Assembly (NCBI GenBank): GCA_977017645.1
Contig: OZ360227.1
Coordinates: 126,914,001-126,978,000 of the forward strand
Length of the DNA stretch: 64,000 nt
Origin: Torpedo marmorata
Taxonomy: Eukaryota
Direction: 5' to 3'
A program made the position numbers and the translations under genes. Below the pieces are notes generated by a model. The model worked only from the letters and a program-made list of their open reading frames with translations, made no database searches and was not told the origin of the DNA. Positions 12,796-26,074 of this stretch are shown here, piece after piece. Position 1 is the stretch's first letter, and each line of letters opens with the position of its first letter.

Positions 12796-14175
12796 TTTAT
12801 TTCGTAGAAAATGGCAATGAAACATTTGCTTTAAAATAGGCCTGTTTGTAATTGTTTCTCTAACATATCCCACAGATAAATCTATGGAACAGACAAGCTT
12901 ATGCATATCAAAGTCATTAAAAAAAACATTCTCAGAAGAACAATTAAAGACGTCTGTGGAACTAATAGTATGTGCACATCAAAATATTACAAGATATCTG
13001 CATTTCTTGAGATGACAAAAGATAAAAACCCAACAGATACAAACATTTACAAGAAGAAAGATGACTCCTTTGAAAAGGAATAATTTATCTTTCTGCATAA
13101 AACGTGAAACTTTGGATTTCTGCTTGGGTATAAAAATTATTACAAATTTCTAGCATCAAATAACTTTGGGAGGAAAGTGAGCAGACATTTAATGCAAAAA
13201 CAAGATTACAGTAAACTTTAACAAGCTCATATTAAAATAATTTGATGAGACCAGTAAATTTGACAAGACTCTTCCAAGGTTTTTTTTAAATTCAAAAGCT
13301 AGTTATCTATTTCCCAGCTAAACACTTCAATAGGATGGATTGGACACAAGTCTTTATATTATGACCAAATAATTGTTCTAGCTATGCCCAATTTGATAAT
13401 GAAAACAAAGTTGGATTCATAAAATGCATCATAATTATTGCAGTAAAGAGCGCTATCATCAGTGCTACAACACATTTACCATTTCAATTATTGGAACAAA
13501 ATGTCTAAATAATGGATCAGAAAACTTATTTGCATTTGAGGAAACAGTAATGAAATAGTTGAGTAAATTCAAAAGATTCTGAAAATGCTTGCTATTTAAA
13601 CCTGAGTGCAAAGCAATGCTGGATAAATTGCACTCATATCTTCATACAATATCTGGACAGATGGTTCTCCACTAAAAATTAAAATGTATGAAACAGAATC
13701 TGCACATTTGTTGCTTTTTTTTTTTTTTAAGTATCAAGTAAATGGAATCTTTGCTTTGAGATTTGGTATTCATTTTTAGAATTTAAAGGACAATTCTTTT
13801 GACAAGGCATTATGTTCCAATAAGGTTGGCACACTTAAAATTTTAAACAATGAACAGTGTTACCACAACAAAAATACATCAATTGTTGGGCAGAGACTAA
13901 TCTCTCACAAGCTTTAGTAATGCCATACAGATTTTCTTCATATAGTCCTCCCATTACAAGCAGCACACAATAAAACATTGATTTCTCATGTACAAGTAGG
14001 TTGTAAAATCAAAGATCAAGTATTGAACAGCATCAATCTAACCATTCTATTCCACAGTCAGTCTTCCTTTGGTCTGAGGCACAATATACTTAATTACAAA
14101 TATCTTCTCAGAGTTCTGTTTGTTCCAAGCCTGCACTCCATTTATTATTAAAACATTTCTGGTGAGCCGATGGCT
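12796..14175 (-). other. Probable 3' UTR of the GRB14-like gene with candidate AATAAA signals at 14146-14141 and 12801-12796
   Basis: AT-rich stretch after the stop with no recognisable repeat; tttatt on plus strand at both positions; true 3' end unknown. Confidence 0.4.
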
Positions 14176-14322
14176 TCAAAGTGTAACTCGAACACAGTGG
14201 CGTTTCAATCTGCTCGGCAGCATTCCCTTGTTAAGTTGGAAGAACTCCACAAGCTGAACAAGGTTAATAAATTTGGTGTGACCCTCATCCAGTGAATAAT
14301 AAACTTTTCCTTCTTCTTCCAG
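14176..14322 (-). CDS. GRB14: GRB14-like terminal coding exon, SH2 end: LEEEGKVYYSLDEGHTKFINLVQLVEFFQLNKGMLPSRLKRHCVRVTL*
   Basis: 147 nt; tgcag acceptor; TGA at 14178-14176; LD.GHT and QLVEF.QLNKG motifs. Confidence 0.96.
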   Translation of the reverse strand: MEEEGKVYYSLDEGHTKFINLVQLVEFFQLNKGMLPSRLKRHCVRVTL

Positions 14323-14722
14323 CTGCATTGATTACATGGCAGTAATGAAACATTTCCAAAATACAAAAGCGTTTCTTTACAATTAATCAACTGTTATTTT
14401 GTATCCTTCTCTAACTCTACAGTGCTCGTTACTCATGAATGATCTCAGAAAACCCTTCGCAAAAAAAATTATACCATACAGATTTGCATTTCTATTACAA
14501 ATACTCAAATATTTCTCATGTACATGGAGGATAAAAATTAATCAGATTGAGTAGCATCAAGCTAACCACCCAATTCCATGGACAGTCTTTCTTTGGTCAG
14601 AAAGCACAAGTTACTTTATCACAACAACCTTGGCATGTTGCTAGTGTATCAGTCTCAGGCCCACTTCATTACTCAAGCATTCCGATATCTTCAAAGATTC
14701 AAATCTAATTTGTGTATAGGTT

Positions 14723-15544
14723 TCAGTGATCCCTATATGGCGGCACTGCCGGAGCTGCCGTGGACCCACTGAGAGCGAGGAGCGGAGATACAGCGCTCCC
14801 GCGGGGTCCAACCACCCAGTCAACTGCCGTCAGCTCCGCACAGGCTTTGAACGGCCCGTTAAAGGAGCCAATGGTAGTTTTATTTAAAATCCCGCGATCG
14901 CGGGGTCTGCGCCCAAGATGGCAGCGCCTCTGATCGGCAGTAGCCACAAGGGGTTGCAGACTCCTGGGAAGCGGAGGACTGGCGCAGGGCACCAGAAAAC
15001 GGGGAGACCACCCCCTGTCTGAGAAGGAGAAGCAGAGGAGATGACCCATGGGGCTGTGACAACGGCGGCGGATCAATGAGGGGCTCTGCGGCTGAAAGAC
15101 CCACACATGCGGCAGGCTGCTGGCGACTCGAGGCGAGGAACCCGCGGAGGCTGTGGGCTGCTGGAAACTGCTGTCGGGGGACTTGTGCCGGGCTGCAGAC
15201 TGCAGGAGACTGGCTGAAGGGGTACCAGCTATCACAACCGGGATGCGAGGGGGTGCCGAAGGCGCTGACGGGTTCCTGATCGTGTCGGAGGTTCGGATCT
15301 GGAGCTCGGGTTGCAAATGGTTTGGACTGGATTCTGTGTGGGTGCAGAGGCTGCGAAAGCGCTGGAGGCAAATCTATGGACACTCAGTAACTCTGGAGGA
15401 ACTCTCTTTTGCTTCTCTTTCTCTGATTGTAAGAGGCGCTTCAGGCAATTTCTGCCGATGGCGAATCTGTCTGCCTTACAGCAGACAAAAGCAATTTCGT
15501 GTAATATGACACTGTTTTATTACATGACAATATCTTGAATCTTG
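14723..15544 (+). mobile_element. CpG-rich ~820-bp non-autonomous retroelement with (tcttgaa)n tail
   Basis: Sharp GC/CpG shift against AT-rich intron; candidate TSD aggtt at 14718-14722 and 15545-15549; 3' 230 bp recurs inverted at 30331-30572. Confidence 0.75.
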
Positions 15545-17119
15545 AGGTTACATAACTGCAGTCCCTTATCAAGTTATAAAACTAAAATTAGGCAAGTTGA
15601 GCTGACCATTATTCATTACTATGATGGCCAGTTGGGAAATTGCCATGTTAGTTTAAATAATGAATATTACTTGCAGTCTTTGTAGGTCCATATAGATCAA
15701 TGGACTTAGTCCCTTGACTGTGCAGTGGAATAAACATCTTAAGCTTCTACCAAACTCCTTTCTCATTTTATAAACCTAGTGACTTTCTCCGTAATCTAGC
15801 AAATTACTGATCAAAAACTCCTCAATGCCAGGGCAAGTCACAGAGGAACTGCATTCAGTCTTGAAAATATTGACTGCACCTAACCCCATCCCCCAAACTT
15901 CCCAGAGTATGTTTGCACTTTGAGGGGTTACTTCACCATTGCCGTGCTAAATCCTAAGTATCCCATTTATACACACGTAGAAAAGTTTCAAAAGACATTT
16001 CTTAAACTAGGATTTTTTTCTTGCTTCCATACCCTTCCTCCTACATACCTTGATCTATCCATATTACAAACACCAATTTCCTTTCACCCATCCCAGTGTC
16101 TTGCTGAGGAACAGCAGGAAAGCCAGTTTCCTTAAAACCAATTTGCTGCTCATGTCAACAAGAGCCTAGAACTCTAGACCTTGCTCTTGTGATGAGTTCT
16201 GACAGATTGGGAGATACTGCAGGCTGCAGAAAGCCTCCTTTCTAGGCAGCCTGGTACTGCTTTGCAATTTACACTGATGTTGCTCTCCACGACGCAGAAA
16301 ACAGACTGGACAAGTGTACAGAACTGAAACAATGGATACTTCATTTTCCATAAATACAGCTGAGTTCATGTGGAAATGCATCCCAAAATATGCAGCTCTC
16401 CACAATGTAGATGATAGAAAATCAAGAAAATATGCCCAGGCAGCAGAATAACAGGAGAGATTTGGGAAAGTGCATCTTATTTGGCAATGTTATACGTACA
16501 TTATATAATCAATATACATCAATAAAAAAGCTACCCTGGATCAACTATGAAAAAATGGAAGAAATGAGAGGTAATGTGACCTTTTTCTTGAAGTATTGAA
16601 GATGATGGTTAACAGATGAATACAAGACAGTAACTTGCTATGAAAATATTCACAGCTAGCAAAATGGTAACAAACATAACCACTCAAACCATCATGGTAA
16701 CTGCCCTATACAAAACATCCCTGAGCGCATAATGGGGGAATCTTCCCTGCAGAAGTCGAATTATTGCCATAAGAATATTATGGAATAACTAGTGGATAGT
16801 GAAATCAAAACATCTTGAACAGATTTGCAAAGAGATACAGTAATAGTTAACATACTTGTATCTAATGGAAACTATTGGAAAGGGTTAAGAATTTAATTTT
16901 AAAGTGTTGACTATAAGCAACTCTTTAAAAAGGAAACATCTTAAAAGTAGGGTTAATTAAAATTTACATGAAGGTTGTCCAACTCATGGGATGTTGTCAA
17001 ACCAGATTCCCAGAGTTATCCAATTAAATGAGCCTGTGAACAGAATTTTTATTGCTTTTTCATTGCTGCTTCAAAACAGCCTTATCCTTCTACTGAATGA
17101 AGAGTATAACTTTGGAAAC

Positions 17120-17345
17120 TTTTTTTAATTTTGAGATACAGCACGGAAACAGCCCTTCCAGCCAAAGAGCCCATGTGACCCATTAACTTACTAACTGGTA
17201 TGTCTTTGGAACGTGGGAGGAAACCGGAGCACACAGAGGAAACCCACACAGAGTCTGGGGGAATGTACAAACTCCTTACAGTCAGCGGCAGATTTGAACC
17301 CACGTTGCTGGCGCTGTAATAGCATTATGCTAACCACTACACTAA
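17120..17345 (-). mobile_element. HE1/V-SINE-type SINE (diverged)
   Basis: gtgggaggaaaccggagcac..gtacaaactccttaca core, as in other copies. Confidence 0.82.
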
Positions 17346-18517
17346 ATGTGACGTAATAAGGTACTAGAAGCTCAATTTATTAATCTGAAGGAGGAAGACA
17401 CTGGTGGCAAGTTTAAAATTGGCCAAACAAGAAAGCCAAAGATTTGTAAATAGAAGAGCACTAACAGCACAATAGGTCACCTGGCGTGAAACAGCAATCA
17501 ATACTGGTATCAGTATTGTTTGCAGGGTATACAAGTGGTCTAGAGTTTTCCCAAATCTCAATGGGGGAGCAGGATTAAGTTTATAGCAAATGGCCAAGCC
17601 AAATGTCAAAACAATTTGGCAAGGTTGAGATATTGAATGACAAATGGCATTTAGTGTAAACAAATGCAAGGTAATTGAATACAACAGAACAGAATAAATA
17701 CAAATTAAATGCCTCTCAGGAGCAACATGCAGCATCAAAAATCTTGGTGAACAATTCAATGAAAGCCACCAGCCCTATGTACTAGATCTTTGGATACACA
17801 AGCCAAGAGTCCAAAGTACAATTTCCAGAATTGGCTACATTTCAATACTGGATATAGTAATGAAAGGGTACAAAATACTGGAGCCAAGACAGAAATAGAT
17901 AACAAAACTAGGATCCAAGTTCAACATCTGATCCATGACCCAGAAGAGAAGATAAATTGAAGACTTTGCTTTGGAGAGTCAAGACTGACAAGATATTAAG
18001 AAAGAATGGATAGTTGAGTTAGTGGGTACCTGAAAATAACTAGTGACTAACTAAAAGTGCAATTTTTCCAATATTTTTTATGTATTCTTCATAAACAAAA
18101 GTTGGTCCCATATTTTATTCTCAACAATTCTGAAAAATGCAATATTCTCGTGGAAGAAGTCCAAGTATTAAACAAGGAAATGCAGACGTCAGAAGAAACA
18201 ATTTTGCCTTCAGACAAGCAGAATTTGATGGTTCATTACATATTTATGCCCAACACTCCCATGAGTTGCTCAGAAAATAGCACTATCACACAAAAGCTGA
18301 AATTTCTTGCAAATACTGACAGAACATTTATGATTGCAAGGAGCAGTTTGGATAATGAGCATTCAGGAATCATTGCCAGCTAAAAATTCCAAAGCCCTCA
18401 TTTACTAAACAAAAGGAACACTAAAATTACAGCATTGTAATTTTAACAATAAATATCATAAAGCAAATAACCACATTAAAACAGTTAGTAACAAATTTTT
18501 AACCTCCAACTACTTAC

Positions 18518-18611
18518 CGAAATAATCTGAAAATGTCTTATCTTCTTACCATAGCAGAGCGACAAAACAAAATTCTTCAAATTGCTTTGACTCTCCCGTA
18601 CCAAGTACATC
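18518..18611 (-). CDS. GRB14: GRB14-like exon, SH2 core: (G)MYLVRESQSNLKNFVLSLCYGKKIRHFQIIS
   Basis: 94 nt; ttcctttttacccatccag acceptor, TCG|gtaagt donor; FLVRES-type motif with the invariant Arg. Confidence 0.95.
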
Positions 18612-19608
18612 CTGGATGGGTAAAAAGGAAAGATATATACACACCAAATTGTTTGCACACTATTCTTTAAGTGAAATTTGACTCTACAAGTTGTGTGACT
18701 GAAAACAAAAAAAACTGCAAATGCTTGTGCAATTTATTCAGGGAAAGGCAGTAATTCAAGCAGGATTGCATTTAACTGATACAGTGAAGGGGTTTCACCC
18801 ATTAAACCTATCTTGATTTACATCTCCACAATACTCAATTTCCTAGTTTGCTTAGTTCAGCTCTATATATAGTAAAATAACAAATAGTAAATAAATAGCA
18901 TATTTAACCTAGGAAAGAATTCCAAGACTCTTCACGGAAAAATGGAGTAGCTTTCAAAAAGGGTTAACAGAGTGACTGAAAATTTTATTGAAGAGATACA
19001 GACTGGAAAAAATGTAGAAAGTTGGGTTTATAAGCTGAACTAGTTGAAAGCTCTGACATCAAGTGAAAACAAAGGTGAGATAAACTATGGGAATACAAGT
19101 CAGCAAATGTTTTTCCTTTTTAAAATCACTTATTCTGCACCGATCTCAAACCAGCCATCTTTGACAAGTCTGCCTTTCCATGTTCAAGATAGTATTGCTT
19201 TTCCAGAATCCATACATCTCATTGAAACTCCCTTTTTTGCTCAGTTTAAAGCCACTCTTGTCAAATTAAAAGTGTTTACACCTTGTGCTTGTAGCAACTT
19301 GCTTTTCATGGTCATCCTGGTATTTTAGCAAATCAACTACACCATTTCTCTTCAATTGTGATTCAGTTTTATTGGCATGATGCCCATTCTAGTGAGTACA
19401 ATGCTTGGTCCAAGTAATTTCAACTCGAACATTGCCATTTCCTCTCATTCATATCCAGTCACCAACACAGTTGCTCTAATCACAACTCCAGTACCTTCTC
19501 ACACATTTTCCTGCTTCCCTTGGTGTGATCCAAAGCTTATGGATGACCAACTTAAATACATAAAGTATCAGTTGTACCCATTCACAGCTTAAGTGCCAAG
19601 ATGCATTA

Positions 19609-20122
19609 CAGGTACTCCCCGACATACATCCGTGTTCCGTTCTGGATGACCGGTGGTATCTCGGAATGGATGTATGTCGGAATTGCCCAACCTGTGATAC
19701 TGAAGAGTAAAACGATTGATTTCCTTCCATTCTCTATCTCCGAATCCTTCTCATTCTCTCTGTTGCTGCAGACCCTGAGCACCGTGCGGACTCTACTGGC
19801 ATCTAAAATCTGTCTGACCGTCAGAATATTGAGCAACAGAATCAGAAAAAATGGGACACAAGGAGTTCAAATGCAGTGAAATATCTCAACATGGCAGCCA
19901 TCAAGGCCAGCTCTCGCGAGAGGTTGGACACCTACCAACATGGACGCCACCAAGGCCAGCTCTCGCGAGAGGTTGGCCACCAGCCAACATGGCGGCCACC
20001 ATAGATAGGCCCGATTTTCACCGTAATCGCATAAGTTTTATATTTTTACTTTTTTTTTTAAAATTTCGGTCGTATGTGCGGATGGACGTAAGTCGCATAG
20101 GTCACAAGTCGGGGAGTACCTG
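19609..20122. mobile_element. Tigger/pogo-type (Tc1-mariner superfamily) MITE, 514 bp
   Basis: TIRs caggtactccccgac / gtcggggagtacctg; TA duplication at 19607-19608 and 20123-20124; no transposase ORF. Confidence 0.9.
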
Positions 20123-21649
20123 TATCTGCAATTTCATGCTATTCAGGGAAAGCGAAATAGAAACAGATACAGGATTAATTCAGCTTTCAACAAACACTGC
20201 TCAGTTGCCTCTATACTGTTTTGCCCCCAACTCTGCTGAAACATCAAGCAAAGGCTTGACTCTCATTTTCAAGTTTGATAATGTTGGATTAAATTTTTGC
20301 ACTGGATTTGAAAATTGAACATCAAGACTCCTTGTTCAGGCAAAATCTGCCCAATCATTCCCACAAGCATTGAAACACTGGAGAAATTAATCTTTCACTA
20401 TTCGTGATACATGCCCAGGAATATTATCCCTCATCTATACTTGTGCTCTGAAACATGAAAGTCTGCAGATGCTGTGATTGCAGTAAAAGCACACAAATGC
20501 TGGAGGAACTCAGCAGGTCTTGCGGCATCCATAGGAGGTAAAGATTTATTACTGACATTTCGGGCCTGAGCCCCTCCTCCCTTCCCATACATTTGATTTT
20601 CCATAAACTCCAAGTTGTCCAAAATTTTTAAATAATTTGCCATGATATACATCTTCAGGAGATGCATTTAAATCCCCATTGCTAGAGCCTTTGTCAACAG
20701 TCTCTGCGATTCCCCCTTTTGTCTCATATTCCTTCCAACACCATGCTCTTAAATGAGATATATACCTAACTCTGCTGTCCTTTGCACAACTTGTGTCCTG
20801 AGCTCTACTATATTTATTGGAACTCTCTTCTCCCAAGTACATCCTTCTACTTCTCACTCCAACATATAAACCACTTCAACCAACTTTCAATCTCTCATAA
20901 AATAATGTTTCTTTTACTCTGAAGTTATTTTCTCCCCACCGCCACCCCCCCCCCCACCCCACCCCCATGTGTTGTCTGAACCATTCTTCTCTGCAAAGAC
21001 TTGTTAAATTTGGTATCAATGGTAAGGAAAGACAACCCTTCAGAAGAAGGCATCAGTAATATTGCATTTCCAGATCTTTACGTGATTCAAGAACACTTTT
21101 TTTTTTTTTTTTTTTTTTAATTGGAAAGAGCAGATTAATCTCTATGCTCTTCGGGGAACAGAGTTTTAGTTCTTTTGAAAAGAGTGGGATGAAAACATCT
21201 ACGTGGCTGCTAGATTCCTGCATGGAACATCATTTCAAAGTCAGAGCTTAGCTCTTCATTCTCATGAATCACTCCCAGCTCATCAGGACTGCCACAGGAA
21301 AGGAAAAAGCCCACATTCGATTAGAATGCAATTCTGACACTAATGGTAAGAGCAGAGTTCTGCTGTAGAAAAGGGGCATCTTACTCTGAACTTCATTGCA
21401 TTGGATGAATGATTGGGCAGAGTACAGAAAAACCTTCCTTGCTTCAATCCTGTCATATCACCTATCATGTAATACGTTGTCTTCCGTTTCAAAGGCAAAT
21501 TAGCTCTCTTTGGGAACTGAAATGTAATTTCTCTGCTTTCAGGCAGGTTTCTTACAACTTGAATTGCACTTTGAGAGACAAAGCGTTCAAGGACATCCAC
21601 ATTTCTTCCTTCAGTGCCATTTGGCACAAGATCAAATTCCAAATGGAAT

Positions 21650-21892
21650 ACAGAACAGAAATCTACAGCACAGTACAGGCCCTTCGGCCCAGTGTGGTGC
21701 CAATTTGAACCTGCTCTAACAATTGCCTAGAATTTCCCCACTGCATAACACTTCATGTTTCTCACTTCCATGTACCTATCTAATAGTCTCTTAAGATCCT
21801 ATTGTACCTGCCTCCACCACCATGGCTGGCAGCACATTCCATGCACCCACCACTCTTACATCCCCCTGTACTTACTCCCAAGCACCTCAAAA
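21650..21892 (-). mobile_element. CR1-like LINE 3' tail fragment
   Basis: tacagcacagtacaggcccttcggccc tail stem-loop motif and cacattccatgcacccaccactct. Confidence 0.6.
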
Positions 21893-22407
21893 CTCACCAA
21901 CTGATGGACAAAATCTAAATTTGTTTGGAGTAAACTGAAGTTACTTTCTAGATTCCAACAAAATTCACAAACAACTTTCAAATTACACTCCTTCAATAAT
22001 TGAACTTTTCTTCCCTATTGAAGCTTGATATTGAAAATATATTACAATTTTAATTCTGCGTAATGCAAGTGATTAAGTATTTTAATGCACATTTGTTTTG
22101 CCTATTCTGAGCCACATTACAATTAGAAGTTAATTATGTAGAGGTTCAAACCACCCATAATCATAATAATACGAACTATATTAACAATACTACATAGGAA
22201 AAATCTTAGTAATATTAGCATTTAGCTTAATTATTTAAATTTGAAAGACTTAACATCAATATAGTGAAGATGTAAGAAAAAGCAGGAAAAACAGTTTTGA
22301 AGAGATTTCAATAAAGTAGTTGAAAACATTTGGTGTTATAATTTTACATATGTGCCAATTGCATAATGGAAATAACCCACCTTAAAGATTTACTAAAAAA
22401 TGCTTAC

Positions 22408-22495
22408 CCATCCATAAGCCCTTGTTGTTCCATTAGTTTTTGAGATTCCTCTCTGGAAATTCTGTGATGAAACCAAGGTTGTATCCTGTGAAAAG
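22408..22495 (-). CDS. GRB14: GRB14-like exon, SH2 start: (A)FHRIQPWFHHRISREESQKLMEQQGLMD(G)
   Basis: 88 nt; tctag acceptor, GG|gtaag donor; QPWFHH.ISR motif. Confidence 0.95.
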
Positions 22496-22634
22496 CTAGA
22501 TTATGAAGGGAAGTTAGAATTGTAAAAGGTGGCATACCAAATTGTTATATTCATATGAGTTTATCATCTTAGAAGTAATTTGACCCATGATAGGAAGAAT
22601 ATCAATCAAGGGGGTGGGGTGGAGAAGGAGATTC

Positions 22635-23050
22635 AGAACAATGCTACCAGGTCTTGAATTATAGGGAGAGGTTGGATAGGCTGGAACTTTAGTTCCTGGA
22701 GTGCAAGAGGCTGAGGGTTGACTTTATAAAAGTATATGGAATCATGGGGGGCACAGACAAAGAGAATGTTCAGAGCCTTTTCTCCAGGGTGGACAACTCT
22801 AGAACTTAAGGGAAGAGGTTTAAGAGGAACCCGAGGGGCAACATTTTCCACCTTGAGGGTAATGCGTATCTGGAACAAGCTGCTGAATGAAGCTATAGAA
22901 GTGGTTACAACTACACCATTCAAAAGACATATGGACAGCTATATGGATAGATTTAGAAGAATATAAACCAAATGCACTAGCCCAGAATTCTAACTTGGTT
23001 AGCCTGGTCAAGTTGGGCTGAAGGGCCTGATCCATGTTATATGACTTTGA
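22635..23050 (+). mobile_element. CR1-clade LINE 3' fragment
   Basis: ORF 22736 (FSTLRVMRIWNKL..FKRHMDSYMDR) and gggctgaagggcctg tail. Confidence 0.75.
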
Positions 23051-23678
23051 TAGCTCTTAAATGAATGGGGGGGGGGTGGTGGGAAGGGGGGCAAGGATGG
23101 TGGCAAGAGGAAATATAGAAAGTTAAAAGCACGAGAAAATGCAGGGTAGAAAAATATGCATCATAGCCAGAATCAACATGTCACGAAAATGACAATTAAG
23201 AGTTAGTGCAGGGGAAAATTGGTGAAAATGCTTTACCTGAATATATGCAGCACTTGTATCAAGATAGAAAAATAACAGTTAGGAAGCAATGGCTAGCATA
23301 TAAAGAATTTCATTTAAGAGTAAAAAAAAAAAAAAAACAGGAAAAGTGGCCCATCTATGGCTAACATGGGAATTGAATGGAGTATTTAATCTAAACGAAA
23401 AGACTCAAGGTGCCAAAGTGTAGCAAGCCTGAGGAATGGGAAAATTTAAGAACTCAGAAAAAGGACCAAGACATCTACAAGAACAAACAGAATTTATGAG
23501 AGAAAAATATGGCTGAGGTGTCAAGAACCAAGCAACAATTTTCATCAAGAGGTTGGATGTTTTTAACTATTGGTTGAATAGTTTTACAAAAAGCAAATAT
23601 TTATTTGAAACTATTTGGCAAATTAATAACTTTTTTGGTTTGCATAATTTATCAGAATTAAGTACATGTTAAAACAAC

Positions 23679-23748
23679 CTTCACTTGAAGCAGAGATCGG
23701 TTGTGCAGTTGTACTCCAATGCATGTTCACACGATGACAGGCCCTCTT
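23679..23748 (-). CDS. GRB14: GRB14-like exon, BPS-SH2 linker: KRACHRVNMHWSTTAQPISASSE(A)
   Basis: 70 nt; aacag acceptor, weak G|gttgtt donor; phase 0 to 1 fits neighbours; an alternative same-phase donor A|gtgaag would give 64 nt. Confidence 0.8.
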
Positions 23749-24133
23749 CTGTTTTGATTTAAAAGAAATAAACAGAATAAATAGCAAGAATTAAATTTAT
23801 AAAGTATAAATTAGAAATTATCAGCTGTTATTCCTTTAAATTTACCTGAAACAGAACACTGGAAACTTTGTGTATTTGCTAATACCAACAAAAATACATG
23901 CCATAAACTGCAACCACACAATCATTAATAATGACTGTTGCAAATGTGTTCCACGGTAGAGTGAATAACTTCCAGATTCAATTCAGTAAACCAATGGATA
24001 GCAACATGAAATAAAGGCTGTTAAATATTCTTCACTAGTCCCAACAGATTAACCACAAAGGATCCTTTGGTTCACTAAGTTGCATCACTGCGCAAAGCTG
24101 CTCAATTTTTGTCAATTAGCTGGACATTACCAA

Positions 24134-24330
24134 TGGCATGATTAGCATTGCTGTTAGCGCAATGCGATTACAGCGCCAGCAACCTGGGTTCGAATCCAGT
24201 GATGTCTGGAAGGAGTTTGTATATTTTCCCCATGTCTGTGTGGGTTTTCTCCGGGTGCTCCGGTTTCCTCCCACCCTCCAAAAGTGCAGGCTTTGTAGGT
24301 TAATTGGTGTATTTGGGCAGCACGGTTCAT
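24134..24330 (+). mobile_element. HE1/V-SINE-type SINE (diverged)
   Basis: gggttcgaatcc B box; ccgggtgctccggtttcctccca V-like core. Confidence 0.82.
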
Positions 24331-25059
24331 TCACCTAAAACTATGGTTTTGGATCAAGAACAATTAAACAGACAGGAATTTAAATTGTCAATTAGAATAT
24401 CAATTTACATCACATTAGGAGAGACTTGAACACAAATGCATAATTCTACAATTACCAGCTTGCTTCACAATGTGCATTCTGCCGAATGCAAAAAAAACAA
24501 GCCCCCCAAATTCTAAAAAGGTTGGGGAACTATCTTGCCAAGATTACTTGTATTTTCATGGTCATAAAATACTGGAAACTAAAAAAAAAACAAGTGTCTG
24601 ATGATTCTGAGTATCCTTTAGAATAGTTTCAGTTCTCAACTCATTGATATCAATTGCCCTTTGTTTTTAAAATGGCAGCTCACATTCAAATTTGTTTTAA
24701 CACCCAATGAAGTTTGTATTTTGCCATCAAATAAACAGTATAATGCCCACACCAAAGCACTCCACATCTGATAAGCCAGCAAGAAGAGGAAGCACACTGC
24801 AAGTTGGTGATCAGCTATTGCTGTCGAGTGCAAACATATTATTGACAAACTACTAGAACATGAAACAGGATACAACGGGAAATGTTATCCCGTTGTAATT
24901 ACATTGATCCTTTGGAGAGTAGTGGCCAAAGCAGTCACTGTAACAGAATTCCATTGAAAAACTAATCAGTTGCAACTAGATTTTAATTTTGCAAAAGGGG
25001 TGTAATGGATGGAACGTGATAGATTACAGCTTTTCTTGGTTAATCAAAGCAAAAATTAC

Positions 25060-25176
25060 CCGCCAGGACAATGCCTCCTCAGCAGCAGCTGAAAGTGCCT
25101 CTTCGGGGTTGTCAATTACTCTTCCACTCTCTCCAGTGAAGTCCATCGCGACCAGGGAATTTTCAGAGCTACTTCT
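25060..25176 (-). CDS. GRB14: GRB14-like exon, BPS domain: [39 protein letters not shown]
   Basis: 117 nt; tttcttattcatag acceptor, CGG|gtaatt donor; [10 protein letters not shown] pseudosubstrate motif. Confidence 0.96.
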
Positions 25177-26074
25177 CTATGAATAAGAAAGAAATTATTT
25201 TAAAAATCTAATGCAGACTTTAAAATACAAGATGAAAATGGTACAAGTTCTCAGCAAGTCAGGCATATCTGTGCAGAAAGTTAATTTTTCAATTGAGGAC
25301 CTTTCATTGGATCCTCGAGCAGATACCTTTTTTCTCTCATAGATACTGCCATACCTGTGGAATACTTCCAGCAATTTCTCGCAATATTTGCAGCATTAGC
25401 CGTTTCTCCTCCCCCACCCCCAAAGTTGTTTAACAGTGTATCGTGGAAAAGTCAAGAAATGGATATGAAGGCAGACAGAGAGTAGAACTGTCAAGAATAA
25501 CTTGGTAAATAAATGACCAAAACAAGGATCAAGATCAGTAACATGTTCTCACGGGTAGCCTGGGATATTGCCTCCTTTAAAGTGTAGAAGTGGAGCTGTA
25601 GGGTATGAATGCAAGATTAAAAATTGGACTGGTGGCTTTCATATGTTCATTGCTGGCCCATGATCCTGTATGCTTTAAGGATGTCAGCTGCACTGTAAGC
25701 ACAAATGAAAATCTCAATCTACATAATGCCCAATGTAATTTTCCTGAGAAATTTAATTATGCAGCAATTATGGCATCATGCAGTCTGATCTCGTGCAGCT
25801 TTTGCATTCAGGAGACACGCTGGATACACTATTTGAAACTGTGCCACACCAACTATGAATTTAAATGCAAGGATGAGGAAAAGGGAGAGGGATAGCCATT
25901 TTATTTAGCAGATGGGTCAACTGATTTTAGAGAATGGGTGTTAATCTTACACATACTGGAATGAAAGTACCCAATAAGATCAAGGCCAATTCAAAATCAT
26001 CTTTTACATTATTTATATAACCACCAATGCAAATTTAATTATTTTTCATGTGTACAAAAAACAGTGAACAACTG

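Noticed and set aside
14723-15509. Overlapping ORFs of 118-197 aa on both strands
   Set aside because: By-product of high GC content in a repeat; no recognisable domain; the 3' part recurs elsewhere as a truncated repeat.
19887-20000. Regularly spaced palindromic repeats resembling a CRISPR array
   Set aside because: Only ~2.3 units, the intervening sequence is also repeated, it is inside a MITE in a vertebrate intron, and there are no cas genes.
23466-23479. ccaagacatctaca, identical to 14 nt of the EPRHLQ exon
   Set aside because: Opposite strand, similarity does not extend, lies in degenerate repeat-like sequence; chance match.
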